Of a DNA stretch of 64,000 bases, positions 46,249 to 58,951 are shown piece after piece. Location of the stretch: positions 5,787-69,786 of the forward strand of contig JAVCCC010000032.1 in the NCBI GenBank assembly GCA_030765785.1, given 5' to 3'. Positions within the stretch are counted from its first letter, which is position 1. Every line of letters starts with the position of its first letter. The position numbers were made by a program, and so were the translations under genes. Source of the stretch: Candidatus Aceula lacicola (lineage in GTDB: Bacteria > Omnitrophota > Gorgyraeia > Zapsychrales > Aceulaceae). The notes beneath the pieces were generated by a model. That model worked only from the letters and a program-made list of their open reading frames with translations, did no database searches and was not told where the DNA came from.

Positions 46249-47502
46249 ATGCGATGGTCAAAGTTTTTTATACCAACATTAAAAGAAACACCTGTTGGAA
46301 CAGAAGCAGTTAGTCATCAGCTTTTGTTGCGTGCGGGTCTTGTTCAAATGCTTATTTCTGGCGTGTATTGTTATTTGCCGTTGGGTTTAAAAGTTTTAAG
46401 ACAAATTGAGAAGATCATTAATGAAGAGATGAATGCCGTTGGAGCACGAGAGCTTTTTCTTTCATGTCTTCAGCCGATGGATTTGTGGAAGAAAACAGGG
46501 AGAGATGAAACGTTAAAAGATGTTATGATCAAGTTTAAAGATAAAAAAGGTCGTGCGATGTGCTTAGGCCCTACGCATGAAGAGGTTATTACGGATTTGG
46601 TTAAGAATCATATTCAATCATATAAGCAGCTTCCAGTTGTTTTTTATCAGATTCAGACAAAATTTAGAGATGAAATGAGACCGCGATTTGGGATTGTTCG
46701 AGCTTGTGAATTTATTATGAAAGATGCGTATAGCTTTGATCAAGATAAAGAGGGGCTGCAAAAGAATTATGATTTGATGTATGAGGCATATAAGAAAATA
46801 TTTACGCGTTGTGGACTTGATGTTGTGATTGTTGGTGCAGATTCAGGTGCGATGGGTGGCGATGTTTCGCATGAGTTTATGGTTCCTGCGGAAATAGGGG
46901 AAGATCAGGTTTTTTGTTGTTCTGCTTGCGGTAATGCTTTAGGCATTAATGAAGCAGATGAGAAAACAGTTTGTCCAGCGTGTAAGAAAGAAAAGTTTAA
47001 AAAAACACCTGCAATTGAGATTGGGCATATTTTTCAGCTTGGAACAAAATACAGCAAGGCATTAGACGTTTCTTTTGTTGATGATAAAGGTAAAAAGCAA
47101 ACTGTAATTATGGGTTGTTATGGAATAGGAGTAAGTCGTTTAATTGCAACGATTATTGAGAAAAATAATGATGAGGCTGGTATTATGTGGCCCAAAGAAG
47201 TGACCCCTTTTGATATTGAGATATTACCACTTCAAGTGTCGGATAAAGATGTAATGGGTGCAGCTGAGAAATATTATGAAATATTTATGAAGAATGGCAT
47301 TGACGTTCTTATGGATGATCGAGATGAAAGCCCAGGAAGAAAGTTTAAAGATTCTGATTTAATTGGAATTCCAATTAAAATTGTTATTGGAAAGCGGACA
47401 TTGGCACAGAATAAGGTTGAGATTAAAAATAGGCGAACAGGTGAAACCGTAGAAGTTGGATTAGATGCTGTTCAGCCTAAGATTCAAGAAATGATTGGAT
47501 AA
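46249..47502 (+). CDS. proS: Proline--tRNA ligase (short form without the INS editing domain)
   Basis: LGPTHEE, FRDEMRPRFG, MKDAYSF, GHIFQLGTKYS, MGCYGIGVSR. Confidence 0.96.
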   Translation: MRWSKFFIPTLKETPVGTEAVSHQLLLRAGLVQMLISGVYCYLPLGLKVLRQIEKIINEEMNAVGARELFLSCLQPMDLWKKTGRDETLKDVMIKFKDKKGRAMCLGPTHEEVITDLVKNHIQSYKQLPVVFYQIQTKFRDEMRPRFGIVRACEFIMKDAYSFDQDKEGLQKNYDLMYEAYKKIFTRCGLDVVIVGADSGAMGGDVSHEFMVPAEIGEDQVFCCSACGNALGINEADEKTVCPACKKEKFKKTPAIEIGHIFQLGTKYSKALDVSFVDDKGKKQTVIMGCYGIGVSRLIATIIEKNNDEAGIMWPKEVTPFDIEILPLQVSDKDVMGAAEKYYEIFMKNGIDVLMDDRDESPGRKFKDSDLIGIPIKIVIGKRTLAQNKVEIKNRRTGETVEVGLDAVQPKIQEMIG

Positions 47503-47517
47503 ATATTTATTAGGAGA

Positions 47518-47976
47518 ATGTCGGTGAGTCTTGTTAAAGAAAAAGTCGAGCAAATAGTTAGTCAATTCTTAGAGTCTCGAGGATTTGATCTAATTGAGAT
47601 TAATATGAGTAAGAAAAATAATAGTTTTATGGTTCAAGTTTTAACAGATAAGCCAAAAGGTGGAATCATTGTTGATGAATGCGTTAGGCTTAACCGCGAA
47701 ATTCGAGAGATTTTAGAGAAAGAAAATTTAATAACAGATGATTGTTTTTTTGAAGTCGCATCTCCAGGACTGGATCGGGACATTCAAACAAAAAAAGATT
47801 TTTTACGCGTTGGGGGTCGAGAAATTTCTGTTTATTTAAAAGAAGCCGTTGACGGCAAAATAGAGTATCAAGGAATTATGAAGTCAGTAATGGCAGGTGC
47901 GATTCGCATCATTTGTAATAATGATGAAGTTGTGTTGCCATTTAAAATGATTAACAAAGCAAAGCAAATAATTTGA
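47518..47976 (+). CDS. rimP: Ribosome maturation factor RimP
   Basis: DKPKGGI..DEC, EVASPGLDR; upstream of nusA. Confidence 0.9.
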   Translation: MSVSLVKEKVEQIVSQFLESRGFDLIEINMSKKNNSFMVQVLTDKPKGGIIVDECVRLNREIREILEKENLITDDCFFEVASPGLDRDIQTKKDFLRVGGREISVYLKEAVDGKIEYQGIMKSVMAGAIRIICNNDEVVLPFKMINKAKQII

Positions 47977-47992
47977 AGGAAGGAATGTTTTT

Positions 47993-49189
47993 ATGGAAAG
48001 TGAATTATTAGTTATTTTAGATCAAATTGAGCGTGACAAAGGTATTAACAAAGAGATTTTAATCGAGGCTGTTGAGACGGCGGTTGCATCTGCGGCGCGT
48101 AAAGTTTGGACAATCGACAAAGAACAAGAGATTCAGGTCGTTTTAGACCGTTTGACAGGAAAGTTGACAGCTTATGCAGATGGTGAAGAGATTAAATCGA
48201 GGGACTTTGGGCGCATTGCCGCGCAGACGGCGAAACAGGTTGTCATTCAGAAAATTCGTGAGGCAGAAAAGGATGTTATTTATAGTGAGTACTATGCTCG
48301 CATTGGTCAGCTTGTAAACGGAAGCGTGTATCGCATTGACAAGGGAAACATCATTGTCGATTTAGCCAAAACAGAGGGATTTATTCCACGAAGCGAGCAA
48401 TCAAGCAAAGAAGAGTTTAAGCAAGGTGATCGTATTCGTGCTTATGTATTAGATGTTCGTCGAGAAAGCAAGGGGCCTCAAATTGTTTTGTCCCGATCGC
48501 ATCCAAATCTTGTTAAGCGACTTTTTGAGCTAGAAGTTCCTGAAATTTATGATGGAATTGTTGAAGTCAAGGCGATTGCGCGCGATGCTGGGGAGCGAAC
48601 CAAAATTGCCGTTCATTCAAAAGAGGAAAGGGTAGATTGCGTTGGCGCTTGTGTTGGCATGAGGGGATCTCGTGTTAAAAGTATTGTCACTGAACTTCAT
48701 GGTGAGAAAATTGATATTGTTCGACATGCAGAAGACAGGAGAACATATATTCAGGCCGCTCTTTCTCCAGCCGAAATCGTGGAAATGCATTTAAATGCTG
48801 AAGAAAAAAGAGCAGATATTGTTGTTCCGGATGATCAGCTTTCAATTGCAATTGGAAAACACGGACAAAATATTCGTCTTGCTGGTCAACTTCTTGGTTG
48901 GCAGCTAGAAGTTTTTTCTGAAGAGCAGTGGAAAGAGCACTCTGGAAAGTTACCAGAAAAGGCAACAGAGTCTATGGTTAAAGATAAGGGTCCTTCTGTC
49001 GCGGATTTAAGTGGTGTTGGTGACAAAGTCATTATGGCGCTTAACGAAAATAAGCTTTCAACTTTAGAGCAAATTGCTAAAAGTTCTGTTGAGGATTTAT
49101 CTCAGATTAAAGGGCTCGGAAAAGTTAAAGCAGAGAAAATGATCAAAGAAGCAAAGAAACTTATTAAACAAAAAAAGAAAAAAGGATAG
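47993..49189 (+). CDS. nusA: Transcription termination/antitermination factor NusA
   Basis: FGRIAAQTAKQV, S1/KH domains, VGACVGMRGSR, AIGKHGQN. Confidence 0.97.
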   Translation: MESELLVILDQIERDKGINKEILIEAVETAVASAARKVWTIDKEQEIQVVLDRLTGKLTAYADGEEIKSRDFGRIAAQTAKQVVIQKIREAEKDVIYSEYYARIGQLVNGSVYRIDKGNIIVDLAKTEGFIPRSEQSSKEEFKQGDRIRAYVLDVRRESKGPQIVLSRSHPNLVKRLFELEVPEIYDGIVEVKAIARDAGERTKIAVHSKEERVDCVGACVGMRGSRVKSIVTELHGEKIDIVRHAEDRRTYIQAALSPAEIVEMHLNAEEKRADIVVPDDQLSIAIGKHGQNIRLAGQLLGWQLEVFSEEQWKEHSGKLPEKATESMVKDKGPSVADLSGVGDKVIMALNENKLSTLEQIAKSSVEDLSQIKGLGKVKAEKMIKEAKKLIKQKKKKG

Positions 49190-49201
49190 TGAAAAATTAT
49201 T

Positions 49202-51694
49202 ATGCATGTATCAGAATTAGCGAAAGAATATGGCCTTTCAGTCCAAGATATCTTGGGTGAATTGAAATTTTTAAAATTAAAAGCAAAAGATGGTAAGCAG
49301 GAACTTAGCTCGGCTGCCTTAGCTGTTGTTAAGCGATCTCTTGAGAAAAAAGGAAAGAAGATCGTGCCAAAGCTAAAAGAAGAAAAAAAGGCTGTCGTAA
49401 AGAAAGAAGTACTTGCAAAGGCACCTGTAAAGAAAAAGCTTGCTAAGCCTGATAAAGAAAAGACATCAAAGCCAAAGGCTAAAGAAAAGGCAGCGGCTCC
49501 TGCTAAAGCAAAAGAGGTGAAGAAGGCAGTAAAAAGAGTACAAGCTAAGAAGATTGCTAAAGCAGAATCAAAGCCAGGTGCAAAGAAAGCAGATTCTGTA
49601 AAATCTAAGAAAAAAGTCGTAGAAACAAAAAAGATTAAGGATGTTGCAAGACCGAAAAAGGCTGCACCTTCAAAGACAGTAGACCAAAAAGAAAAAAAGG
49701 TTGTTCCAAAGGCCAAGCAGGCTGAAATTAAGAAAGCGTCTCCAGCGGTCAAGGAAGAGCCTGAGGCAAAAGAGCCTGTGAAAGTGCTAGCTGAAAAATC
49801 TGTCGAAAAAGCTCCTCAGCCTGTTGAGCAGAAAAAGTTTGTTTACAAAAAACCTTTTAGAAGAAAATTTGGACATGGTTCTTCTCGTCGACATTCACAG
49901 AAAGCAAAGGTTGCTGATGTTCCAGATCCATCGCAAGGGTCTAAAAAAGATATCGAGATTGATTTTCCCGTTAGCGTTAAGGATTTGGCTGTTAAATTGC
50001 AGCAGAAATCGAGCATTGTTCTTAAACTTTTGATGCAAAAAGGAGTTTTTGCAACGATTAATCAGACTTTAGATGAAGAAGGTGTCAATAAAGTTTTGGA
50101 GGATTTAAATTTTTCTTATGTTAAGGCAAGAACGCAAGAAGAGCAGCTTCTTGATTTGCATGAAGAAGATAAGCCGGAATCTTTTAAGGGCAGACCTCCG
50201 GTTCTTACATTTATGGGTCATGTTGATCATGGAAAGACATCGCTTCTTGATAAGATTAGAAAAAGCAATATTACTGATAAGGAGCATGGAGGCATTACGC
50301 AACACATGGCAGCGTATTCCGTGAAAACGCCAAAGGGATCAATAACGTTTCTAGATACTCCTGGCCACGCAGCTTTTACTTCGATGCGAGCACGTGGTGC
50401 TCATATTACAGATTTGGTTATTTTGGTTGTTGCTGCAGATGAAGGCATTATGCCTCAGACTGAGGAAGCGATTGATCACGCACGTGCGGCAGGTGTTCCC
50501 ATTGTTGTTGCGATTAATAAAATTGATAAACGTAATGCGGATATTGATAAGGTTAAAAAGCAGCTTGCTGATAGAGATTTAGCTTCAGAAGACTGGGGAG
50601 GAAAGACTACTGCAGTTGGTGTCTCTGCTGAAACAGGAGAGGGTGTCAGTGATTTATTAGAAATGATTATTTTGGAAGCGGAAATGCTCGAGTTAAAAGC
50701 CAATCCAGATCGTCCTGCTTCAGGTATTGTCGTTGAGGCTCATTTAAGTCATGGCAAGGGAGCTATTGCCTCGATTATCGTGCAGGCAGGAACTTTAAGA
50801 GATGGTGACGTTGTTGTTGTTGGTCCATATTTTGGAAAAATTAAGGCTATGCTTGATGATCATGAGCGCCCACTCAAAGAAGCGCCTCCTGCAACGCCAG
50901 CAGAGATTTTAGGTCTTTCCGGTGTTCCAGAGGCAGGTGAAACATTTTACGTTGTCCCGGATGAAAGAAAAGCTAGAGAAATTGCTTCAAAACGAACGGC
51001 AGAGATAAAGAATAAGAAATTGCAGGCATCTCAGAAAATTACCTTGGAAGATTTGTATTCACAAATTCAGCAAGGTAAGATTAAAGATCTTAATATTGTA
51101 ATGAAAGCTGATGTCCAGGGATCTTTAGAGGCTTTAAAAGATTCTTTGGGTAAGCTTTCTAATAATGAGGTTCAGATTAAATTTATTCATACGGGAATTG
51201 GTAATATTAACGCGGCTGATGCTATTTTAGCTGGTGTTTCTAATGCGATTATTGTTGGTTTTCATGTTGATACGGATGCCAAGGCAAAGGAAGAGATTAA
51301 GAAACAAAGCGTTGATCTTAGGCAGTATCGCATTATCTATGACGCTGTTGATGATATTAAAAAGGCGTTATCTGGACTTCTTGAGCCGAAGATTAAGAAA
51401 GTTTTCTTAGGGCGTGTTGAAGTTAGGCAGGTCTTTAAGTTAAGCAAGTCTGGCATTGTTGCTGGCAGCTTTGTTCAGAAGGGAAAAGTTAATCGTAAGG
51501 CAAAAATTACAGTATTGCGTAACGGGCAAGAAGTTTTTTCTGGCGAAATTGATTCTTTAAGGCGTTTCAAAGATGATGTGCGTGAAGTTCGCGAAGGATT
51601 TGAATGTGGCGTTACAATTAAAGGTTTTGATCAGATGCAGGCAGGCGATATGATCGAGGCGTATGAATTAGAAATTATTCAAAGGGAATTATAA
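49202..51694 (+). CDS. infB: Translation initiation factor IF-2
   Basis: MGHVDHGKTSLLD, DTPGHAAF..MRARGA, KADVQGS; Lys/Ala-rich N-terminus. Confidence 0.98.
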   Translation: MHVSELAKEYGLSVQDILGELKFLKLKAKDGKQELSSAALAVVKRSLEKKGKKIVPKLKEEKKAVVKKEVLAKAPVKKKLAKPDKEKTSKPKAKEKAAAPAKAKEVKKAVKRVQAKKIAKAESKPGAKKADSVKSKKKVVETKKIKDVARPKKAAPSKTVDQKEKKVVPKAKQAEIKKASPAVKEEPEAKEPVKVLAEKSVEKAPQPVEQKKFVYKKPFRRKFGHGSSRRHSQKAKVADVPDPSQGSKKDIEIDFPVSVKDLAVKLQQKSSIVLKLLMQKGVFATINQTLDEEGVNKVLEDLNFSYVKARTQEEQLLDLHEEDKPESFKGRPPVLTFMGHVDHGKTSLLDKIRKSNITDKEHGGITQHMAAYSVKTPKGSITFLDTPGHAAFTSMRARGAHITDLVILVVAADEGIMPQTEEAIDHARAAGVPIVVAINKIDKRNADIDKVKKQLADRDLASEDWGGKTTAVGVSAETGEGVSDLLEMIILEAEMLELKANPDRPASGIVVEAHLSHGKGAIASIIVQAGTLRDGDVVVVGPYFGKIKAMLDDHERPLKEAPPATPAEILGLSGVPEAGETFYVVPDERKAREIASKRTAEIKNKKLQASQKITLEDLYSQIQQGKIKDLNIVMKADVQGSLEALKDSLGKLSNNEVQIKFIHTGIGNINAADAILAGVSNAIIVGFHVDTDAKAKEEIKKQSVDLRQYRIIYDAVDDIKKALSGLLEPKIKKVFLGRVEVRQVFKLSKSGIVAGSFVQKGKVNRKAKITVLRNGQEVFSGEIDSLRRFKDDVREVREGFECGVTIKGFDQMQAGDMIEAYELEIIQREL

Positions 51695-51720
51695 AAAATA
51701 GTTTTCAAAAGAGGATTTTT

Positions 51721-52707
51721 ATGAAAAAGAAAACAATTTTTAGCGGAATGCGTCCAACAGGAAAGCTTCATTTAGGGCACCTGGTCGGAGCGCTTCATAA
51801 TTGGGCAGAGCTTCAGAAAGAATATAAATGTATTTTCGGCATTGTTGATTGGCATGCACTTATGGGCGAGTATGAGAATAGTGGATCAATTAAAGAAGAT
51901 ATTTTGGATATGGCGATTGATTGGTTGTCTTGTGGAATTGATCCTAAGGAGTCAATCATTTTTGTTCAGTCGGATGTTCCTGAGCATCTTGAGCTTCAGA
52001 TGTTCTTTTCTTGTTTTACTCCATTAGGATGGCTTGAGCGAAATCCAACATACAAAGAGCAGCTGCGTGAAATTAAAACACGTGACCTTCATACGTATGG
52101 CTTCTTGGGATATCCTGTCTTGCAGGCAGCGGATATTTTACTTTATAAAGCACAGGCTGTTCCAATCGGAGAAGATCAATTGCCACATATTGAGTTAACA
52201 AGGGAGATTTCTCGTCGGTTTAATCGTCTCTATAAGACGGATATTTTTGCGGATTGCAAGGCGATTTTGACAAAGACGCCACGACTGCTTGGACTTGATG
52301 GCCGAAAGATGAGTAAAAGTTATAATAATACAATTAATCTTTCAGACCCAAAAGAGGTTGTTGAGAAAAAAGTGAGTACGATGTTTACAGATCCAAAACG
52401 TCTTAGATTAAATGATCCAGGACATCCTGATGTTTGTAATGTTTTTAGCTATTATTCTGTTTTTGCTTCTAATAAAAAGGATGAGGTTTGCACGTGGTGT
52501 ACAAAAGCAGAAAAAGGATGCACAGATTGTAAAAAGATTTTATCGCAAGAAATTCTTAAGACACTTGCGCCGATTCAAGAAAAAAGAGCGGTATTTCTTA
52601 AAGATAAAAATAAGGTTTTAGATATTTTGGAACAGGGCGCTAAAGATGCTAGAGTTCTTGCCCAAAAGACAATGGCCGAAGTTAAAGAAAAGGTTTTTGG
52701 AAAATAA
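51721..52707 (+). CDS. trpS: Tryptophan--tRNA ligase
   Basis: SGMRPTGKLHLGH, YPVLQAADIL, KMSKS. Confidence 0.97.
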   Translation: MKKKTIFSGMRPTGKLHLGHLVGALHNWAELQKEYKCIFGIVDWHALMGEYENSGSIKEDILDMAIDWLSCGIDPKESIIFVQSDVPEHLELQMFFSCFTPLGWLERNPTYKEQLREIKTRDLHTYGFLGYPVLQAADILLYKAQAVPIGEDQLPHIELTREISRRFNRLYKTDIFADCKAILTKTPRLLGLDGRKMSKSYNNTINLSDPKEVVEKKVSTMFTDPKRLRLNDPGHPDVCNVFSYYSVFASNKKDEVCTWCTKAEKGCTDCKKILSQEILKTLAPIQEKRAVFLKDKNKVLDILEQGAKDARVLAQKTMAEVKEKVFGK

Positions 52708-53555
52708 TGAGTTATCGTATTAAATTAGAAGTTTTTGAAGGCCCTCTTGATTTGTTGCTTTATTTAATTAAAAGAGATGAGCTTAACATTTATGATATCC
52801 CGATTGCTCAGATTACAGATCAGTATTTAGGATATCTTGATATGATGCAGCTTTTGGATTTAGATGTCGTCGGTGATTTTCTTGTTATGGCTGCAACTTT
52901 GATGCAAATTAAATCTAAGATGCTTTTGCCTCCGGATCCAACAGAAGAAGAGCAAGAGCCAGAAGATCCTAGAGATGAGCTTGTGCGTCGGTTACTTGAG
53001 TATAAAAAATTTAAAGAAGCCGCGGAAACATTGCATGAAAAAGCGCTTGTGCGTCAGGATTTCTTTCCTCGTGCTGTAGATGAAGAAAAAGTTAAGGAAA
53101 TGAAGGATGATGCAACGGAAGTTTACTTTGAAGCAAATTTGTTTGATTTGATTTCAGCATTTTCGAATGCGCTTAAGAATATTCCTAAAGATGTTTTTTA
53201 TGAAGTGATTAAAGAGGAATTTACGGTTGAACAAAAAATTCACGATATCCTCCACTTGTTTATGAATAAAACAAAAGTTCTTTTGGGCGAGTTATTTGAA
53301 AGAGCGCGGAGTAAAGATGAAATTATTGTTACATTTATGGCGATTTTAGAGTTAATTCGTTTGCGAGAAGTTGTTGCAATGCAAAAAGGTGTTTTTGGAG
53401 AGATTGAAGTTATGCGAAATCGTGAGAATTTAGCTCCTATCGAAGAGCAGACGGAACAGGTGGAAGAAGAAATATCTGAGCAACAGAACAATGGTCAAGA
53501 TGCTGAAGAAAATCAGACCCAGGAAGATTCATGTCAGACGAGCGAAGAAAGTTAG
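52707..53555 (+). CDS. scpA: Segregation and condensation protein A
   Basis: FEGPLDLLLYLI, IKSKMLLP, DPRDELVRRLLEY, TFMAILEL. Confidence 0.95.
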   Translation: MSYRIKLEVFEGPLDLLLYLIKRDELNIYDIPIAQITDQYLGYLDMMQLLDLDVVGDFLVMAATLMQIKSKMLLPPDPTEEEQEPEDPRDELVRRLLEYKKFKEAAETLHEKALVRQDFFPRAVDEEKVKEMKDDATEVYFEANLFDLISAFSNALKNIPKDVFYEVIKEEFTVEQKIHDILHLFMNKTKVLLGELFERARSKDEIIVTFMAILELIRLREVVAMQKGVFGEIEVMRNRENLAPIEEQTEQVEEEISEQQNNGQDAEENQTQEDSCQTSEES

Positions 53556-54556
53556 TTTTAAACAACGAGACAGAAGAAGATGCGGTTGTTAGCCTATCTC
53601 TTAGACCCTCAAAGCTTGAAGATTTTGTTGGTCAAAAAGATTTAGTCGAAAGCCTTCGTGTTTCGCTCCAAGCAGCAAGACAGCGAGGAGAGCCTATTGA
53701 GCATATACTTTTTTCTGGACCGCCCGGACTAGGTAAGACATCACTTTCGTATATTATTGCGCATGAAATGAATTCTCGGGTTACTGTCACATCGGGCCCT
53801 GCGATTGATCGTGCTGGTGACTTTATTGGGATTTTGACAAATCTTGAAGAAGGAGACATTCTTTTTATTGATGAGATTCATCGCCTTTCAAAGGCAGTTG
53901 AAGAATTTCTGTATCCAGCGATGGAAAGTTTTCAAATTGATTTTGTTGTCGATAAGGGACCGTATGCTAAAACAATCAAATTTAATTTAAAGCCATTTAC
54001 ACTTATCGGCGCAACGACGCGCAGCGGACTTTTAGCGTCTCCTTTACGAGATAGGTTTGGCATATTTCATCATTTGGATTTTTATGGCATTGACGATTTG
54101 GCACAAATCATTATTAATTCATCTAAGAAACTAAATCTTCAGATTGATTCTGCCGCAGCCTCGGAGATTGCGAAAAGATCGCGGGGGACACCTCGTATCG
54201 CCAATCGACTTTTGCGTCGAGTTCGTGACTATGCACAAGTTAAAACAGATTCTGGACAAATTACCTCTGACATTGTTCAAAAAGCAATGGCAACATTGGG
54301 CATAGATCGGGAAGGTTTAGATGAAACAGATCGAAAGCTTTTAAATGTTATCTTAACGCATTATAAAGGGGGGCCGGCTGGCGTTGAGGCGATTGCCGCA
54401 ACGCTAAATGAAGAAGTCGATACGATTGTCGATGTGGTCGAACCTTTTTTGCTCAAAAAAGGATTTTTAAAGCGAACGCAAAGAGGTCGCGAGCTTACCG
54501 AAAAGACACTTAAACATTTAGGGTCTTCCTTTTCTCAAGAAAACGATCAAAAATAA
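53531..54556 (+). CDS. ruvB: Holliday junction branch migration helicase RuvB
   Basis: LRP..FVGQ, GPPGLGKT, FIDEIHRL, SRGTPRIANRLLRRVRD. Confidence 0.97.
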   Translation: MSDERRKLVLNNETEEDAVVSLSLRPSKLEDFVGQKDLVESLRVSLQAARQRGEPIEHILFSGPPGLGKTSLSYIIAHEMNSRVTVTSGPAIDRAGDFIGILTNLEEGDILFIDEIHRLSKAVEEFLYPAMESFQIDFVVDKGPYAKTIKFNLKPFTLIGATTRSGLLASPLRDRFGIFHHLDFYGIDDLAQIIINSSKKLNLQIDSAAASEIAKRSRGTPRIANRLLRRVRDYAQVKTDSGQITSDIVQKAMATLGIDREGLDETDRKLLNVILTHYKGGPAGVEAIAATLNEEVDTIVDVVEPFLLKKGFLKRTQRGRELTEKTLKHLGSSFSQENDQK

Positions 54557-54578
54557 CTCTTTTAATATTTCATTTCAG

Positions 54579-55736
54579 ATGATCAAAAGATTCCTTATAC
54601 TTTTTTCTATAGTTTGCCTTTGCTTAGGATGTAGCATTTCAAGCCAATTGGTTTTAGATGACTTAACGCCAAGGCAGATTGTTCGCGTGGCTGTTTTGGA
54701 TGACGTTAAGGAATTTTCTTTAAAAGTTAAAGGACCTTTTAGTGTTCTCGATTTTTCTAAGAATTTAGTCTTAATAGAAGATGAAGGCCTAGTAGCTTCG
54801 ATCGTTCGTGCAAAGGATACTGATATCCAGATTGGGAATAATTACTATGACGCTTATCATTTAAGAATAACGCCTTATTATGATGCGAGTATTTATGTTA
54901 ATGGATTGCGTTTTAGAGGGCGCGTTGATATTGTTCTAAACAAGGATGACCTTTTAACAGTCGTCAATGTTATTAGCTTAGAAAAGTATATCAAAGGTGT
55001 CTTGTATCGAGAAATTTCTGATCGCTGGCCTCTTGAGGCAATTAAGGCTCAGGCCGTTGCCGCTCGAACATATGCTGTTTATATTAAGGAGAGAAGTAAG
55101 GATCAATCTTATGATTTGAGAAGCGATATCTATTCCCAGGTTTACGGAGGAAAGAACGCAGAGCGATATCGAACAAATTTGGCTGTTGATCGAACAAAAG
55201 GTTTAATTTTAAAATATAATGGTATGGTTTTGCCAGCTTATTATCATGCGACATGTGCAGGTAAGACAGAAGATGCTAAATTATTATGGGACCATGACAT
55301 CGCTCCTCTTAGAGGAGTAACGTGTAATTTTTGTAAGAAATCTCCGCATTATTTCTGGAAGAGAAATGTTCAGCTTAAAGATATTCAAGATAAACTTAAT
55401 GAGAACGGATATGATTTATGGCTTATTGAGGAGATTCAAGTTGTTGATCGCAATGAGAGTGGACGAATTAACATATTAAAGATTGTTACGCGTGATAATA
55501 AAGAAATTATTATATCCGGAAAAGATTTTCGTCAGATTATTGGTCCGAATTTAATTAAGAGTAATAATTACGTTGTTGATATGCAAGGGTATTATGTTGA
55601 TTTTTTAGGCAAAGGGTGGGGTCATGGTGTGGGCTTATGCCAGTGGGGCGCAAACTTCATGGCTCGTGATTCTTATCGATTTGACAAGATTCTTGGATAT
55701 TATTATCCCGGCGCGAAGATGGTTGAGTATAAATAG
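54579..55736 (+). CDS. SpoIID/LytB-domain lipoprotein (lytic transglycosylase-like)
   Basis: Lipobox CLGC; EAIKAQAVAARTYA, SQVYGG, GWGHGVGLCQWGA. Confidence 0.9.
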   Translation: MIKRFLILFSIVCLCLGCSISSQLVLDDLTPRQIVRVAVLDDVKEFSLKVKGPFSVLDFSKNLVLIEDEGLVASIVRAKDTDIQIGNNYYDAYHLRITPYYDASIYVNGLRFRGRVDIVLNKDDLLTVVNVISLEKYIKGVLYREISDRWPLEAIKAQAVAARTYAVYIKERSKDQSYDLRSDIYSQVYGGKNAERYRTNLAVDRTKGLILKYNGMVLPAYYHATCAGKTEDAKLLWDHDIAPLRGVTCNFCKKSPHYFWKRNVQLKDIQDKLNENGYDLWLIEEIQVVDRNESGRINILKIVTRDNKEIIISGKDFRQIIGPNLIKSNNYVVDMQGYYVDFLGKGWGHGVGLCQWGANFMARDSYRFDKILGYYYPGAKMVEYK

Positions 55737-55739
55737 TGT

Positions 55740-56750
55740 ATGCGATTAGATGATTTTGATTACGATCTTTCTGAAAAGTTAATTGCGCAATATCCGCTTA
55801 AAAAACGAGATCATGCAAAATTAATGATTGTTAATCGCAAGACACTAGAAATTACTCATGATTACTTCTTTAATTTAAATCGATATTTACCTCAAAAAAG
55901 TATTTTGGTCTTAAACGATAGCAAGGTTGTACCAGCGAGGCTCTTTGGTAAAAAAGAATTTGGAGGCAGAGAGGTAGAAGTATTTCTCTTGAAAAAGCTT
56001 CCAGATGGATATTGTTACGAAACATTAATGCGTCCATTGAAGAAAATTAAAGATAATGAAAAGATTTTTTTTAATGACACAACATTGTACGCTAAGCTTG
56101 TTGATCGAGAAAAGATGATTGTTCGATTTAATCGAAAAGATGTGATGTCTCATTTAAGCAAGATAGGACACATTCCGTTACCGCCTTACATCAAAAGGGC
56201 AGATGAAAAATCTGATCATGTTGACTATCAAACAGTTTATGCAAGGACGCAGGGATCGGTTGCAGCTCCGACGGCAGGATTACATTTTACAAAGACTCTT
56301 TTGACTAGAATTAAGAAACTTGGTCATTTGATTAAGAAAGTAACTTTGCATGTGAATTATGGTACATTTCGTCCTGTTGAGGAGAAAGATATTGTATCGC
56401 ATAAAATGCACAAAGAAGATTTTTCAGCTTTAAAAGGAACCTGGGATTCTATTTTAAAAGCCAAAAAGAATAGTCAAAAGGTTGTTGCTGTTGGAACCAC
56501 GAGTTGTCGTGTTCTTGAAACAATTGCAAGAACAAAAAAGCTTAAAGGCGCATCCGATCTTTTTATTTATCCAGGATTTAAGTTTCGTGTTGTAGATGCA
56601 CTTTTAACAAATTTTCATCTTCCTAAAAGCACGTTGTTAATGCTTGTTTGTGGATTTGCAACGCGTGATTTGATTATGAATGCATACAGCGAAGCGATAA
56701 AGAAAAAGTATCGATTTTATAGTTATGGTGATTGCATGCTTATTATTTAA
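55740..56750 (+). CDS. queA: S-adenosylmethionine:tRNA ribosyltransferase-isomerase
   Basis: PLPPYIKR, YQTVYA..GSVAAPTAGLHF, VGTTS, TNFHLP, YRFYSYGD. Confidence 0.97.
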   Translation: MRLDDFDYDLSEKLIAQYPLKKRDHAKLMIVNRKTLEITHDYFFNLNRYLPQKSILVLNDSKVVPARLFGKKEFGGREVEVFLLKKLPDGYCYETLMRPLKKIKDNEKIFFNDTTLYAKLVDREKMIVRFNRKDVMSHLSKIGHIPLPPYIKRADEKSDHVDYQTVYARTQGSVAAPTAGLHFTKTLLTRIKKLGHLIKKVTLHVNYGTFRPVEEKDIVSHKMHKEDFSALKGTWDSILKAKKNSQKVVAVGTTSCRVLETIARTKKLKGASDLFIYPGFKFRVVDALLTNFHLPKSTLLMLVCGFATRDLIMNAYSEAIKKKYRFYSYGDCMLII

Positions 56751-58531
<1,781 letters not shown>

Positions 58532-58559
58532 GAAAAATAAAGCTATTTTTAAGGGGGTT

Positions 58560-58916
58560 ATGATGGTTACAAACATTGGACAAACAATAAAAAATGTTGA
58601 GAGTAAGTACAAGAAAGATTTACCAGATTTTACTGTAGGCGATACAGTAAAAATGATGATCAAGGTAGAAGAGGGAGATAAGGTTCGTCGTCATCCATTT
58701 GAAGGAACTGTAATTCGAAAAACAGGCCGCGGCGTTAAAGGAACATTTACGTTACGAAAGATTTCTTTTGGAGAAGGCGTTGAAAGAACATTTCCGTTAA
58801 ATTCACCTCTGATTGAAGATTTAAAGGTTTTACGAAAAGGTGTTAATAAGCGCGCGAAATTGTATTATTTAAGAGGTCGCGTTGGAAAATCTGCCCGCGT
58901 AAAAAAAGCAGAATAA
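58560..58916 (+). CDS. rplS: 50S ribosomal protein L19
   Basis: [38 protein letters not shown]. Confidence 0.97.
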   Translation: MMVTNIGQTIKNVESKYKKDLPDFTVGDTVKMMIKVEEGDKVRRHPFEGTVIRKTGRGVKGTFTLRKISFGEGVERTFPLNSPLIEDLKVLRKGVNKRAKLYYLRGRVGKSARVKKAE

Positions 58917-58951
58917 TTTAGTTTTTAGTTTTTCAATTCTATTGGCCTTTC

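Noticed and set aside
49102-49752. 216-aa minus-strand ORF and the Lys/Ala-rich quasi-repeats
   Set aside because: This is the antisense shadow of the low-complexity IF-2 N-terminus, a common feature of infB.
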